A stretch of 64,000 bases of DNA from Lachnospiraceae bacterium (GTDB taxonomy: Bacteria > Bacillota > Clostridia > Lachnospirales > Lachnospiraceae), in NCBI GenBank assembly GCA_045597645.1, contig JAZLKM010000027.1, positions 5,184 to 69,183 on the forward strand, in the 5' to 3' direction. Both the position numbers and the translations under genes were made by a program. Positions 53,659 through 62,233 of the stretch are shown here, piece after piece. The first letter of the stretch is position 1; the number at the start of each line of letters is the position of its first letter. The notes under the pieces are model-generated. The model made no database searches, was not told the DNA's origin, and saw nothing but the letters and a program-made list of their open reading frames with translations.

Positions 53659-55521
53659 TTATACTTCTTTCTTGTAATTGTAGGTACCTGTTATTTCAGC
53701 CACCTTTTCTCTGATGTCAGTTGGCTCTGCTACAACGTAATCTGCCAGCTCCTGCAGCTGCGTGAGGAACTTCTCCTCATCAAACTCTATTGGCTTGCCT
53801 ATATGTATCTGATGGTTTGGTGTCTCCTTGAGTCCCTCCTCATCCATCAGCATCTCTTCATATAGTTTCTCACCCGGTCTTAGGCCAGTGTATACTATCT
53901 TGATGTCTTCATCAGGTTTATGACCTGTAAGCAATATCAGGTTTCTCGCCAGATCTGCTATTCTCACCGGCTCTCCCATATCGAGAACAAATATCTCTCC
54001 GCCCTTGGCGTAGGCTCCCGCCTGCAGGACTAAGGTTACTGCCTCAGGTATTGTCATAAAGTATCTGATAATATCCGGATGTGTTACTGTCACAGGTCCA
54101 CCCTGCAATATCTGTCTTTTGAAAAGCGGGATTACAGAGCCATTGCTTCCAAGTACGTTTCCAAATCTAACTGCCACAAATTCTGTCTTTGATCTATTGT
54201 TATAGGTCTGCACTATCATCTCGCAGATACGCTTCGTAGCACCCATTATATTAGTCGGGTTCACCGCTTTGTCTGTAGAAATGAGGACGAATCTCTTTAC
54301 TTTGTACTTATCTGCCATCTGCACCAGCTTCCAGGTGCCAAGCACATTATTTTTCACCGCTTCATTTGGCGAGTCCTCCATTAGAGGCACATGCTTGTGG
54401 GCAGCTGCATGATATACGATATCCGGACGGTAGGTATTGAATATCTCCTCAATTCGTCTTGTATTTCTGACTGAACCTATTAGTACCACAAGGTCAAGCT
54501 CTGGATACTTATTTCTTATTTCATTTTGTATGTCATATGTGCTGTTTTCGTATATATCAAAGATAATAAGTCTCGACGGCTTATGTGCAGCCAGCTGTCT
54601 GCACAGCTCGCTTCCTATGGAGCCTCCACCACCAGTCACCATTACAGTGTGCCCCTCTACGTAACCCATGATTGATGATATATCCACCTTCACGGGGTCT
54701 CTGCCCAAAAGGTCCTCAATATCCACATCGCGCAGGGCTGCTACACTTACTTCGCCATTTACAAGCTGATATATTCCAGGTATTCTCTTAACCTTCGCTC
54801 CTGTCTCCTTACATATATCAAGGATAGCTCTTGTCTCTCCTGCAGGTGCCGCAGGAATGGCGTAGATAATCTCCTTTACGTCCTTTTCCTTTACTATCCT
54901 TGCAATATCATTTCTATCGCCAATTACCTTTATGCCATGGACATAATTGCCTCTTTTGGACTTGTCATCATCGATTACACCTACGATGTTGAGCACTACA
55001 TGGCTGCTTGCCCTAATTTCCTTTATCAGCGCATTTCCTGCCTCTCCGGCACCTATGATTAGCACATTTGTCTGAGCATTCCTGCCAAGCCTTCTCGCAT
55101 TTATCTCATATACAGCTCTATGCGCATATCTGCAGATTAACACCAGAACCCACAGCGCCACTCCGTACGTTGGATAAAAGCTCCTCGGCAATGCATGAAA
55201 ATCAAAGCCATGCCTTACAAATGCAATGAATACCGTTGCAAGTGTCGATGCAAGGCTGGCCATCAGTATCTCTACAAGTTCTGTCGCTCCAGCATACTTC
55301 CAAAGACTCGTGTACAGCTTAAATCCATAGAAAATAGCTATTGTCACTATTACAAAAAATGGCAGGCACGCATACAGATTGTCCACAAACCCCATGGTAA
55401 TAGAGCTCCATGAGAAGTCAAATCGCACCAAAAGACCCATGGCTGATGCCACTACAACAGCTATCACGTCATATATTATTAAGGCTATTCTTTTCAGCCA
55501 AACCTTTGTTTTTTCAGTCAT
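53659..55521 (-). CDS. Membrane-anchored UDP-GlcNAc 4,6-dehydratase, CapD/PglF family
   Basis: Four N-terminal TMs, then LIIGAGEAG and VTGGGGSIGSEL Rossmann motifs and HAAAHKHVP. I prefer the ATG at 55519-55521 (SD AAAGGA). The track start is the GTG at 55542. Confidence 0.9.
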   Translation of the reverse strand: MTEKTKVWLKRIALIIYDVIAVVVASAMGLLVRFDFSWSSITMGFVDNLYACLPFFVIVTIAIFYGFKLYTSLWKYAGATELVEILMASLASTLATVFIAFVRHGFDFHALPRSFYPTYGVALWVLVLICRYAHRAVYEINARRLGRNAQTNVLIIGAGEAGNALIKEIRASSHVVLNIVGVIDDDKSKRGNYVHGIKVIGDRNDIARIVKEKDVKEIIYAIPAAPAGETRAILDICKETGAKVKRIPGIYQLVNGEVSVAALRDVDIEDLLGRDPVKVDISSIMGYVEGHTVMVTGGGGSIGSELCRQLAAHKPSRLIIFDIYENSTYDIQNEIRNKYPELDLVVLIGSVRNTRRIEEIFNTYRPDIVYHAAAHKHVPLMEDSPNEAVKNNVLGTWKLVQMADKYKVKRFVLISTDKAVNPTNIMGATKRICEMIVQTYNNRSKTEFVAVRFGNVLGSNGSVIPLFKRQILQGGPVTVTHPDIIRYFMTIPEAVTLVLQAGAYAKGGEIFVLDMGEPVRIADLARNLILLTGHKPDEDIKIVYTGLRPGEKLYEEMLMDEEGLKETPNHQIHIGKPIEFDEEKFLTQLQELADYVVAEPTDIREKVAEITGTYNYKKEV

Positions 55522-55570
55522 TTTTATTCCTTTTTTGCCCACTTAGGCACAGTAAGACATAATCTGTAGT

Positions 55571-55599
55571 ATTATACAAAAATCACAAAAAATAAACAA
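55571..55599 (-). promoter_or_regulatory. Sigma-70-type promoter candidate for the long 55.5->20.0 kb unit
   Basis: On the minus strand: TTGTTT (55599-55594), a 17-nt spacer, then TATAAT (55576-55571) with TG just upstream. The -35 element lies inside the preceding terminator stem. Confidence 0.4.
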
Positions 55600-55625
55600 G
55601 TCCGGCGACCTTAGCCGGACTTGTT
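55585..55625 (-). terminator. Rho-independent terminator after the ABC-2 permease gene
   Basis: 12-bp perfect stem (55595-55606 pairs with 55614-55625) with a 7-nt loop. On the minus strand it is followed by TATTTTTTGT. Confidence 0.75.
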
Positions 55626-55668
55626 GTGATTTATCGCAGACAGCTATATCCTTTTGTCTTATTTATTC

Positions 55669-56580
55669 TTATTTTCTCTTGTAAATCCTGCCATAGACTA
55701 CTGCCATCACTGCAACGCATATCGCAGCAGCGCAGGCAATATAGATTATTGACGTTCCGCCCTCTACTGCCTTTTCGAACATATAGGTCTTGAATACAAA
55801 TATTTCCTTCATGCTGTCCACAAACAAGCCATTATCCAGACCACCGATGTCATTGTTTATATTGTCCAGAAGTCCGGTCAGAAGGTTGCTTCTAATCAGC
55901 ACTGTGATATGGGTTGCCGGAAACAGATTACATATAGTCTGCACTGTGCTTGAGAATCCTGATGTCGGTATATATGCACCAATCACAAAGCCAGATGCAG
56001 CTGAGAGCATTCCGAAAAATGCGCCACTGGATGACACTGTCTTAAATGCGCACACTATTATTATGAAAAATGCTGTCGATGAGATCGCACCTATCACTAC
56101 CAGGCCATAAAGTCTTGCTATAGCTGCAGCTGTCAGCCCTGTATCTCCCATGGCATTCATCACCAAAAGCCCTGCTGTTAATATGACAGAAGCCATTACT
56201 ATCGCAGATATTGCACTTGATGTGAAATATGAAAGTATGATCTGTCCCCTTTTCATTGGAGTTGCCAATATGTCGCAGTCCACCTTATGCTCACGATCCC
56301 TAACTATTGTTGACAGGCAATTGTATGGCACTGTAATGAGCGCTGATCCCATAATACCTGTTAGAAGTATTCCATTCACCAGCATCTCTACATCGTTGCT
56401 GTTCACCAGGTCCTCTAGTCCCTCCATAGCTGACTGTATGGACTCAACATAGTTGCCCTTCAGGAAAAGAAGATACAGTGCAAATACTATTATTGATGTA
56501 AGCATTGAAAATATGACATTCTGAACGTCCTTAAAATATATCATCAAATTTCTTTTGGTAAATCCTATAAATCCACGCAT
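55669..56580 (-). CDS. ABC-2 type transporter permease
   Basis: 303 aa with six hydrophobic spans and a long first loop. Its start overlaps the ATPase gene stop by 1 nt. Confidence 0.75.
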   Translation of the reverse strand: MRGFIGFTKRNLMIYFKDVQNVIFSMLTSIIVFALYLLFLKGNYVESIQSAMEGLEDLVNSNDVEMLVNGILLTGIMGSALITVPYNCLSTIVRDREHKVDCDILATPMKRGQIILSYFTSSAISAIVMASVILTAGLLVMNAMGDTGLTAAAIARLYGLVVIGAISSTAFFIIIVCAFKTVSSSGAFFGMLSAASGFVIGAYIPTSGFSSTVQTICNLFPATHITVLIRSNLLTGLLDNINNDIGGLDNGLFVDSMKEIFVFKTYMFEKAVEGGTSIIYIACAAAICVAVMAVVYGRIYKRK

Positions 56581-57515
56581 TATGCTAGTTCCTTTCCTGT
56601 AACCTTCAAAAAGACATCATCCATGCTTCCCTTGACGATCTCGTAATCCTCTATCTGCATTTTTTTGTTATATATAAATTCTGTTATATTGCCGCAGATA
56701 GGAACGGTATAATGATCTACATCGTATATAGGCCGGCTTGTCCAAGAATATTTTTCTTTCATATAAGCGTCAAGCTCTGTCAGCAGGCTCTCTGCCTCGG
56801 CAGACTCCTCTGTATACCAGACAAACCTGCCCGGTGCATACTGACTTTTTAGCTCTGCCGGAGTGCCCTGGCACATTATCCTGCCATGATCAAGGATGAC
56901 CACATGGTCGGCATCTCTCGTCTCTTCCATATAGTGAGTGGTAAGAAAGATTGTCATCCCCTGCTCTTTTCTTAGGTACTCTATATAATCCCATACCAGC
57001 TTTCTGGACTTAGGATCTAAGCCTGTAGTCGGCTCATCTAAAAACAGCACCTTTGGTTCATGCAGCAATGCTCTGCAGATATCCACTCTCCTACGCTGTC
57101 CTCCGGACAGCTTTTCATACTTCCTGTTAAGTATCTCATCCATCTCGAAGTGTGAGGAGAATACCTTTATCTTCTCATCGATCTGTTTTTTGCTTAATCC
57201 GTAATAGGCTCCTCTGGTATACAGATTCTCTTTGACTGTCAGTTTTCCATCGAGCACTGAGTTTTGGAATACGATACCTACATTTTTTCGTATCATGTCA
57301 TCTTCCCTGCCCAGCTCATAGCCGCAGATTCTGACATCTCCCTCTGTCTTTTCCAATATTGTGCACAGCATATTTATCGTTGTAGACTTTCCTGCTCCAT
57401 TTTCTCCCAGAAAAGCAAATAGCTCGCCCGACTCCACCGAGAAGGATATTCCATCCACCGCTTTATGTTCCTTATAAAATTTAGTGAGATTTTTTATTTC
57501 TATTGCGTTTGTCAT
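56580..57515 (-). CDS. ABC transporter ATP-binding protein (ABC-2/DrrA-like)
   Basis: 311 aa with Walker A GENGAGKST, signature LSGGQRRR and Walker B VLFLDEPTTGLD. A strong SD (AAGGAGGGAG) is present. Confidence 0.9.
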   Translation of the reverse strand: MTNAIEIKNLTKFYKEHKAVDGISFSVESGELFAFLGENGAGKSTTINMLCTILEKTEGDVRICGYELGREDDMIRKNVGIVFQNSVLDGKLTVKENLYTRGAYYGLSKKQIDEKIKVFSSHFEMDEILNRKYEKLSGGQRRRVDICRALLHEPKVLFLDEPTTGLDPKSRKLVWDYIEYLRKEQGMTIFLTTHYMEETRDADHVVILDHGRIMCQGTPAELKSQYAPGRFVWYTEESAEAESLLTELDAYMKEKYSWTSRPIYDVDHYTVPICGNITEFIYNKKMQIEDYEIVKGSMDDVFLKVTGKELA

Positions 57516-57543
57516 TTCAATCTCCCTCCTTGTTTTTCTGTAC

Positions 57544-57615
57544 CTTATACCATCCTTTGGAATAAAAAAAGTGCAACTCTACTGAGTTGCACTTTGAGTT
57601 AACCAAGTTGCACTT
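57544..57615 (-). promoter_or_regulatory. Candidate LytTR operator (10-bp direct repeats, 21-bp period) plus weak promoter upstream of the ABC-2 operon
   Basis: AGTTGCACTT occurs at 57585-57594 and 57606-57615 (plus strand). An inverted copy lies at 57569-57578. A TATAAG -10 candidate sits at 57549-57544 (minus strand), with no good -35. Confidence 0.4.
57561..57595 (-). terminator. Intrinsic terminator/attenuator hairpin between the LytTR-partner pair and the ABC-2 genes
   Basis: Perfect 12-bp stem (57568-57579 pairs with 57584-57595) with a 4-nt loop and a T-run on the minus strand (TTTTTTTATT). It starts 18 nt after the stop at 57614. Confidence 0.65.
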
Positions 57616-58045
57616 ATTCCTCATCACGGATAGAATCCAATGCCGAATTGATCTGGTCAGCTTCATGTTTTCCCATCCACGAAATGCCAAACCACACGAA
57701 TGCATAGACCAAAATGTATGCTACTGTAATAAAAATAAATCCATATGCATCGTCATACCAATGGAATAGATAACCTAACCCCATGTTTATGCCATACACT
57801 AAAATGCAGTGAATCGCTATCTGCAGTCTTATCCCAGCCTTACTACCTTTGTCCACATTAAGTAGTAGCAGACCTGGTATGGAGCTCAGGAAAGCCACCG
57901 TTATGATTGACACCAGAGATAACCAAGTAAACGTTATATCTCTGCCCCTAAAATGGTACGCTATTCCTTCCAATGTCATTGCTGTCAGTATTCCAAAGGA
58001 GATTAGCATTGCCTGCGCAAAGATGGATTTAAACTTGTTTATCAT
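57614..58045 (-). CDS. Small 4-TM membrane protein (DUF3021-like), probable partner/inhibitor of the LytTR regulator
   Basis: 143 aa with four hydrophobic helices. It overlaps the LytTR gene by 4 nt (ATGA-type coupling). Confidence 0.6.
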   Translation of the reverse strand: MINKFKSIFAQAMLISFGILTAMTLEGIAYHFRGRDITFTWLSLVSIITVAFLSSIPGLLLLNVDKGSKAGIRLQIAIHCILVYGINMGLGYLFHWYDDAYGFIFITVAYILVYAFVWFGISWMGKHEADQINSALDSIRDEE

Positions 58046-58476
58046 ATATCCAACCTCCTCTTTATATCCTTTACATAGCTTCTTGCAACAACCAGGCTTT
58101 CGCCATTTAATAGCTGCGCATTCATTCTAGCTCCAAGCTCTGAGCTAACCTGTCGCACCTTTTTCAGATTAACTATCATCGCCTTTGAGCATCTTGCAAA
58201 ATAAGGATACGACATCTCTTCTATCTCGTAGAGACGATACTTTGTCTCATAACACTCATCCTTGGTATAAACAAAGGTCTTCTTGTCCACCGACTCGAAA
58301 TAATATACCGCACTTAGCTTGCATAGTACTGTGGTTCCATCCTTTATCACTGGGATTCCTGCCATCCCACCTTCCAATAGCTCTACGGCGTTTTTTATTT
58401 CTGCAGTCTCCTCCACCACTTTTATGATCGCCATTTCCTGGCTCTTGTCTGTCACCTTTTCAAGCTGTACCTGCAA
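58042..58476 (-). CDS. Stand-alone LytTR-domain DNA-binding protein (no receiver domain)
   Basis: 144 aa. The pattern KLSAVYYFESVDKKTFVYTKDECYETKYRLYEIEE...FARCSKAMIVNLKKV is a typical LytTR fold signature. Confidence 0.8.
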   Translation of the reverse strand: MQVQLEKVTDKSQEMAIIKVVEETAEIKNAVELLEGGMAGIPVIKDGTTVLCKLSAVYYFESVDKKTFVYTKDECYETKYRLYEIEEMSYPYFARCSKAMIVNLKKVRQVSSELGARMNAQLLNGESLVVARSYVKDIKRRLDI

Positions 58477-58494
58477 GGGACTGTACCTCTTTTC

Positions 58495-60447
58495 TTATAT
58501 AAATCTTATTAGTATGTCTATTGCACTGCATATAGCCGCAACAAGCCAGATTGACAAAACACGTCTTCTTGCTGTGTTTCGAGTTCCTGCACACGGCCTG
58601 TTAAATACATAGTATGTCGGAAGTATAAGCGACATGAAATATCTACCCTGCACTCCCTCTATACTGTAAGCATATACCTGGCTCCACTGTACATAAATTC
58701 CCGTCGGGACGAGTATGAGTACCGCTATAAGCACTATCGCAAATACTATATGTGTCATCTTATATTCCTTATCTCTAGCCGATGCCGCTGGTTTTGAGAT
58801 ACAAACTAATGCAACTAGGCAAATCAACATCATCAACGCACTAGTATCTACATTCAGTGATCCCAGGCTGCTACCCAGCATCTGCTGCAGCCAAGTACCT
58901 CCAATGGCATACCAAGAACGCCACAGCACCATAAGATAGTTCACTGGATGCCGCAATATGTATGCTACCTGTAAGCTGGTATTTGCTCCCGCTCTAGAAG
59001 GGATGCCACTACAGATTGCAAGCCACAAAACATTAAAACCTACTGTCAGCGCAGCAACAATTGCGGTATGAATTGCCTTATTTCTTTTTCCTCCGAATTT
59101 ATGATATGGAATCAACAGGAAAATCAAGCAGAACGGTAAATATACCACCTTATTCAGTGCTATTAGCAGTGCGCTAACATATATAATCACATAATGCGCA
59201 GGCTTCATTGGCACATTTCCTACCAGCTTTTGCCTTAATACAAACGCTGTTATAAACAAAGACAATGCCAACACCATGCCGTCCGGTGACAGCGATACAG
59301 CTTGCTGTAGACTCATTGGCAATAGCGGTATCAGCATCATTATCTCTTTGTCACATGGTATTAGCTTTACTGCAAAATACAACAGCGCAGTGACACACAG
59401 CCATGATAGTGTTCGCGCAAAATAAATAATGAACGCCAGCTTATGGCTTACGTGCCTTGCAATAAATATTCCTATTGACTGTGGGATATAACTCAATGGT
59501 GTCTGGATTGCTGTGTTGGAAAATCCTACTCTCACCAAATTGTCGGACAAGGTCATGTCCTTATTCTCTGAATAGGACTCCCAGGAATCGCTAAGTGCTG
59601 TAAAGTCCACATCAAAAGGCAGATATCTGCCAGCAGAGCCATCTGTCAATTCATTGTAGTCTGACATAAAATGCCTCTCTGAAATCTCATATGCACGGGA
59701 AAAATGGTTGTACTCATCTGGTACATTGAGTGCAGGGAGGGCGAACATATACATTATGCTAAGTCCTGTCCATAGTATCAGAAATGCATTTTCTAATGGC
59801 AGCTTCTCGTAGAGAGCAAAGCCTGCAATCAGCAACACGGTCAATACAATCACCATGGCAACATGGAATCCGTTTGCCCCGTCTAGCTTCGATGCCAAAG
59901 TCTGCTTATATCTAAGCTTATAAACAAGCGACGCATTTAGCGCCTCGCCATTGTGAGTAAGTCCTCCTATATCATCTGCCTCACACGTATGTATTACTAT
60001 TCCATCTCCTTCAATAGCATTCGACGTTACCTGGAGCTGATATGTTTTTTCAGGGCTGTACAGCAGAGGCTTACTTAACATAAGCGTATAATATGCATTG
60101 TCACCCATAGATAAACAATCCACTTCCCAGCATTCTAAACATTCGCCACTCTGCGATTCCGTTAGGTTTACATAAAGTGTAGACGCGTTCTTTCTCGCTA
60201 TTGTACCAGCAAACAATGATATCGCCTGTAGCTTACTCTGAGCTATTGCTGCTCCCAACAATTCATCTGATTCGATGCAAATATCCTGCACCCACTCATC
60301 TCCAGCCAATATCTCTCCGGTATTCGAAGTGGGTACGTACGGCTCATACTCTTTAATCCTGTCCAAGTCAAGACTAGTCACTAGATGAAGGCACACTATA
60401 GCCAGAACCACTATTATGTTTACTATAATCTTCCTGCTATTTTTCAT
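58495..60447 (-). CDS. Large polytopic membrane protein, GT-C-like (DUF2142-like by eye)
   Basis: The ATG at 60445-60447 (MKNSRKIIV) is preferred over the track GTG at 60489. Architecture is TM1, a ~170-aa external domain, then more than 10 TMs. It contains an SYIPQSIGIFIAR motif. Confidence 0.5.
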   Translation of the reverse strand: MKNSRKIIVNIIVVLAIVCLHLVTSLDLDRIKEYEPYVPTSNTGEILAGDEWVQDICIESDELLGAAIAQSKLQAISLFAGTIARKNASTLYVNLTESQSGECLECWEVDCLSMGDNAYYTLMLSKPLLYSPEKTYQLQVTSNAIEGDGIVIHTCEADDIGGLTHNGEALNASLVYKLRYKQTLASKLDGANGFHVAMVIVLTVLLIAGFALYEKLPLENAFLILWTGLSIMYMFALPALNVPDEYNHFSRAYEISERHFMSDYNELTDGSAGRYLPFDVDFTALSDSWESYSENKDMTLSDNLVRVGFSNTAIQTPLSYIPQSIGIFIARHVSHKLAFIIYFARTLSWLCVTALLYFAVKLIPCDKEIMMLIPLLPMSLQQAVSLSPDGMVLALSLFITAFVLRQKLVGNVPMKPAHYVIIYVSALLIALNKVVYLPFCLIFLLIPYHKFGGKRNKAIHTAIVAALTVGFNVLWLAICSGIPSRAGANTSLQVAYILRHPVNYLMVLWRSWYAIGGTWLQQMLGSSLGSLNVDTSALMMLICLVALVCISKPAASARDKEYKMTHIVFAIVLIAVLILVPTGIYVQWSQVYAYSIEGVQGRYFMSLILPTYYVFNRPCAGTRNTARRRVLSIWLVAAICSAIDILIRFI

Positions 60448-60501
60448 TCTCTCGTATAATAATCCTTTACATCGTCCTCTTGCGTCCACAAACGACTCGT
60501 C

Positions 60502-62220
60502 TCAGCCTCGGTCTCCTTTGCTTTTGCGAGTTTTCATGCTTATCCCTAATTCCCAAAGGCTCCATATACCTAAAAATTCCAATATCTGCATTATTATCAT
60601 GCCACAGCACATGTAGTCATAGAATTTCTTACCTGCGCCAAGGAATCTTGTGAACCACTGAACGCCGACAAATAGTGCCGCAAAACTTATCAAAAGACCT
60701 AGACTAACGAGGCATACTTCCAAGTAGTGATTATCGCCACGTACTAGATTTACTATTGTCATAACGGTCAGGGCCACAAGGCCCAAAATAGAAACAATAA
60801 GGATTGGCAGTCCAAGCACACTGTATGCGCTTACTATTATCTCAATTAGCCTTACAAACTTAAGATTTATGGCACGCTCTGCATTCATTGAGGTCCCCTG
60901 CATTATAGCTGGAGACATCGTGAGCTCACTCATTATCTGTACAGCATTAGAATCACCTGTCGCATATTCAATGCTTGTTTTGTTTTCCGAATACTTCACA
61001 AGAGACATTAAGCATTCCTTGAAAGTATCCCCAAAATAATACCTATTCTCAGCATTTATCCCTTGCGCAACCTTTGACAAATATAGCCCTCTCTTTTTCG
61101 GCAGCGTCCCACTTTTGAATGCATTCGTCAGTTCATAATGTATTTCTCTGTAGATGTCTTCAGATATCTGTGCACTATGTTCGGTTAACATCATGTTTGC
61201 AGATTCTGGCTGGCTTTCCTGCGCCAGCGCATCAGCCTTCACTATGTCTCTTAAGCACCAGATATAGTAGTCCCCATGTATCTCTCCGTCCCACCATATA
61301 TACCAGGCTCCTGAATCATAAACTTCATTTATATCATCTCTGAAAATTGAGAATGTAGGGCTCGCATCAAGTGCCATGTTTATAGCTTCTCTTGTGACCC
61401 ACACTTCCTCATTATCTGCGCCTGCATCTATTCTGACCAAGTCTCCCATAAAGTCAGAAAAAGCCGCATCTGCCCTATCAGTAGTCGCAAACACGCCATA
61501 GTGCACATAATTTATGGTTTTGTACCCAAGTGTTACCAGGCCAAGCATTAGAATCGGCGCCAGCACTAACACCGTCTTTTTTATCAAGTCTTTCTTATTT
61601 TTCTCTACTAGCAGCCACACTACAGTAGCCACCACAGCACCAATGCAGAACGGCACAATCCAGATTCCATCTTCTTTTAGATAATAGAAAAACGGAAGCA
61701 TTATGATGCCTATTATGCTCCAAGGAACCATTTTACGGCTGTCTTCCCTTTGCGCAAACATCCCAACAAATGCGGCGATTACCGTCATTGAGGCTGCCAC
61801 AAGACATCCTCCTCTGTACACCTTCTGTATATTCTCCTGATGGAACATTACTGGTGAATATAAAAGAAAAATATATAGTACAGATATTGCGTACTTATTT
61901 CTTATTAGCTTTCCTACTGCTACTGATAACGCGATTGTGCCAAACACATAAAAAAGTGTCAGCGCAATCGGATAGGGTATCCCTAGAACAAAATTAGCAG
62001 CAAGATAAATCGGATATGAAATAGTCTTCGCCAACGTTAACCCTTCGTAGGCTCCAAGCCATCCTGTTTCCAGTATATTATTGGCATATCTAACCATCAA
62101 AAGGTCATCAAAAGCCGCATCTGCTTGAATAAATAGCGGAATCTTAGTGCCTATGTACACTCTCATAAGTGTAAATACCAGCATTATAATATTTAGGATT
62201 TTCGTCGATTTTTCCTTCAT
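60502..62220 (-). CDS. Large polytopic membrane protein, GT-C-like, with a ~230-aa extracytoplasmic domain
   Basis: The ATG at 62218-62220 is preferred; the track start at 62268 is TTG and sits inside the upstream gene. An early-loop acidic motif (ADAAFDDLL) follows TM1. About 8 N-terminal TMs, a soluble domain, then 3-4 C-terminal TMs. Confidence 0.5.
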   Translation of the reverse strand: MKEKSTKILNIIMLVFTLMRVYIGTKIPLFIQADAAFDDLLMVRYANNILETGWLGAYEGLTLAKTISYPIYLAANFVLGIPYPIALTLFYVFGTIALSVAVGKLIRNKYAISVLYIFLLYSPVMFHQENIQKVYRGGCLVAASMTVIAAFVGMFAQREDSRKMVPWSIIGIIMLPFFYYLKEDGIWIVPFCIGAVVATVVWLLVEKNKKDLIKKTVLVLAPILMLGLVTLGYKTINYVHYGVFATTDRADAAFSDFMGDLVRIDAGADNEEVWVTREAINMALDASPTFSIFRDDINEVYDSGAWYIWWDGEIHGDYYIWCLRDIVKADALAQESQPESANMMLTEHSAQISEDIYREIHYELTNAFKSGTLPKKRGLYLSKVAQGINAENRYYFGDTFKECLMSLVKYSENKTSIEYATGDSNAVQIMSELTMSPAIMQGTSMNAERAINLKFVRLIEIIVSAYSVLGLPILIVSILGLVALTVMTIVNLVRGDNHYLEVCLVSLGLLISFAALFVGVQWFTRFLGAGKKFYDYMCCGMIIMQILEFLGIWSLWELGISMKTRKSKGDRG

Positions 62221-62233
62221 CGTCACTGTCTCT

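Noticed and set aside
1131-56680. Homopolymeric A7/T7 tracts inside GT and membrane genes as possible slipped-strand phase-variation switches. Examples lie near 1131-1137, 2196-2202, 11477-11483, 23311-23317, 36044-36050, 43963-43969, 45194-45200 and 56670-56676.
   Set aside because: The runs are only 7 nt long and occur in AT-rich coding sequence, scattered without bias toward gene 5' ends. No longer tracts (8-9 nt or more) or tandem short repeats were seen. Phase variation cannot be supported from this sequence.
57517-57705. 62-aa minus-strand ORF spanning the spacer between the LytTR partner and the ABC genes.
   Set aside because: It overlaps the 3' end of the DUF3021-like gene in another frame and runs through the terminator hairpin and repeats. 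It has no SD and no recognisable features. The region is better explained as regulatory DNA.
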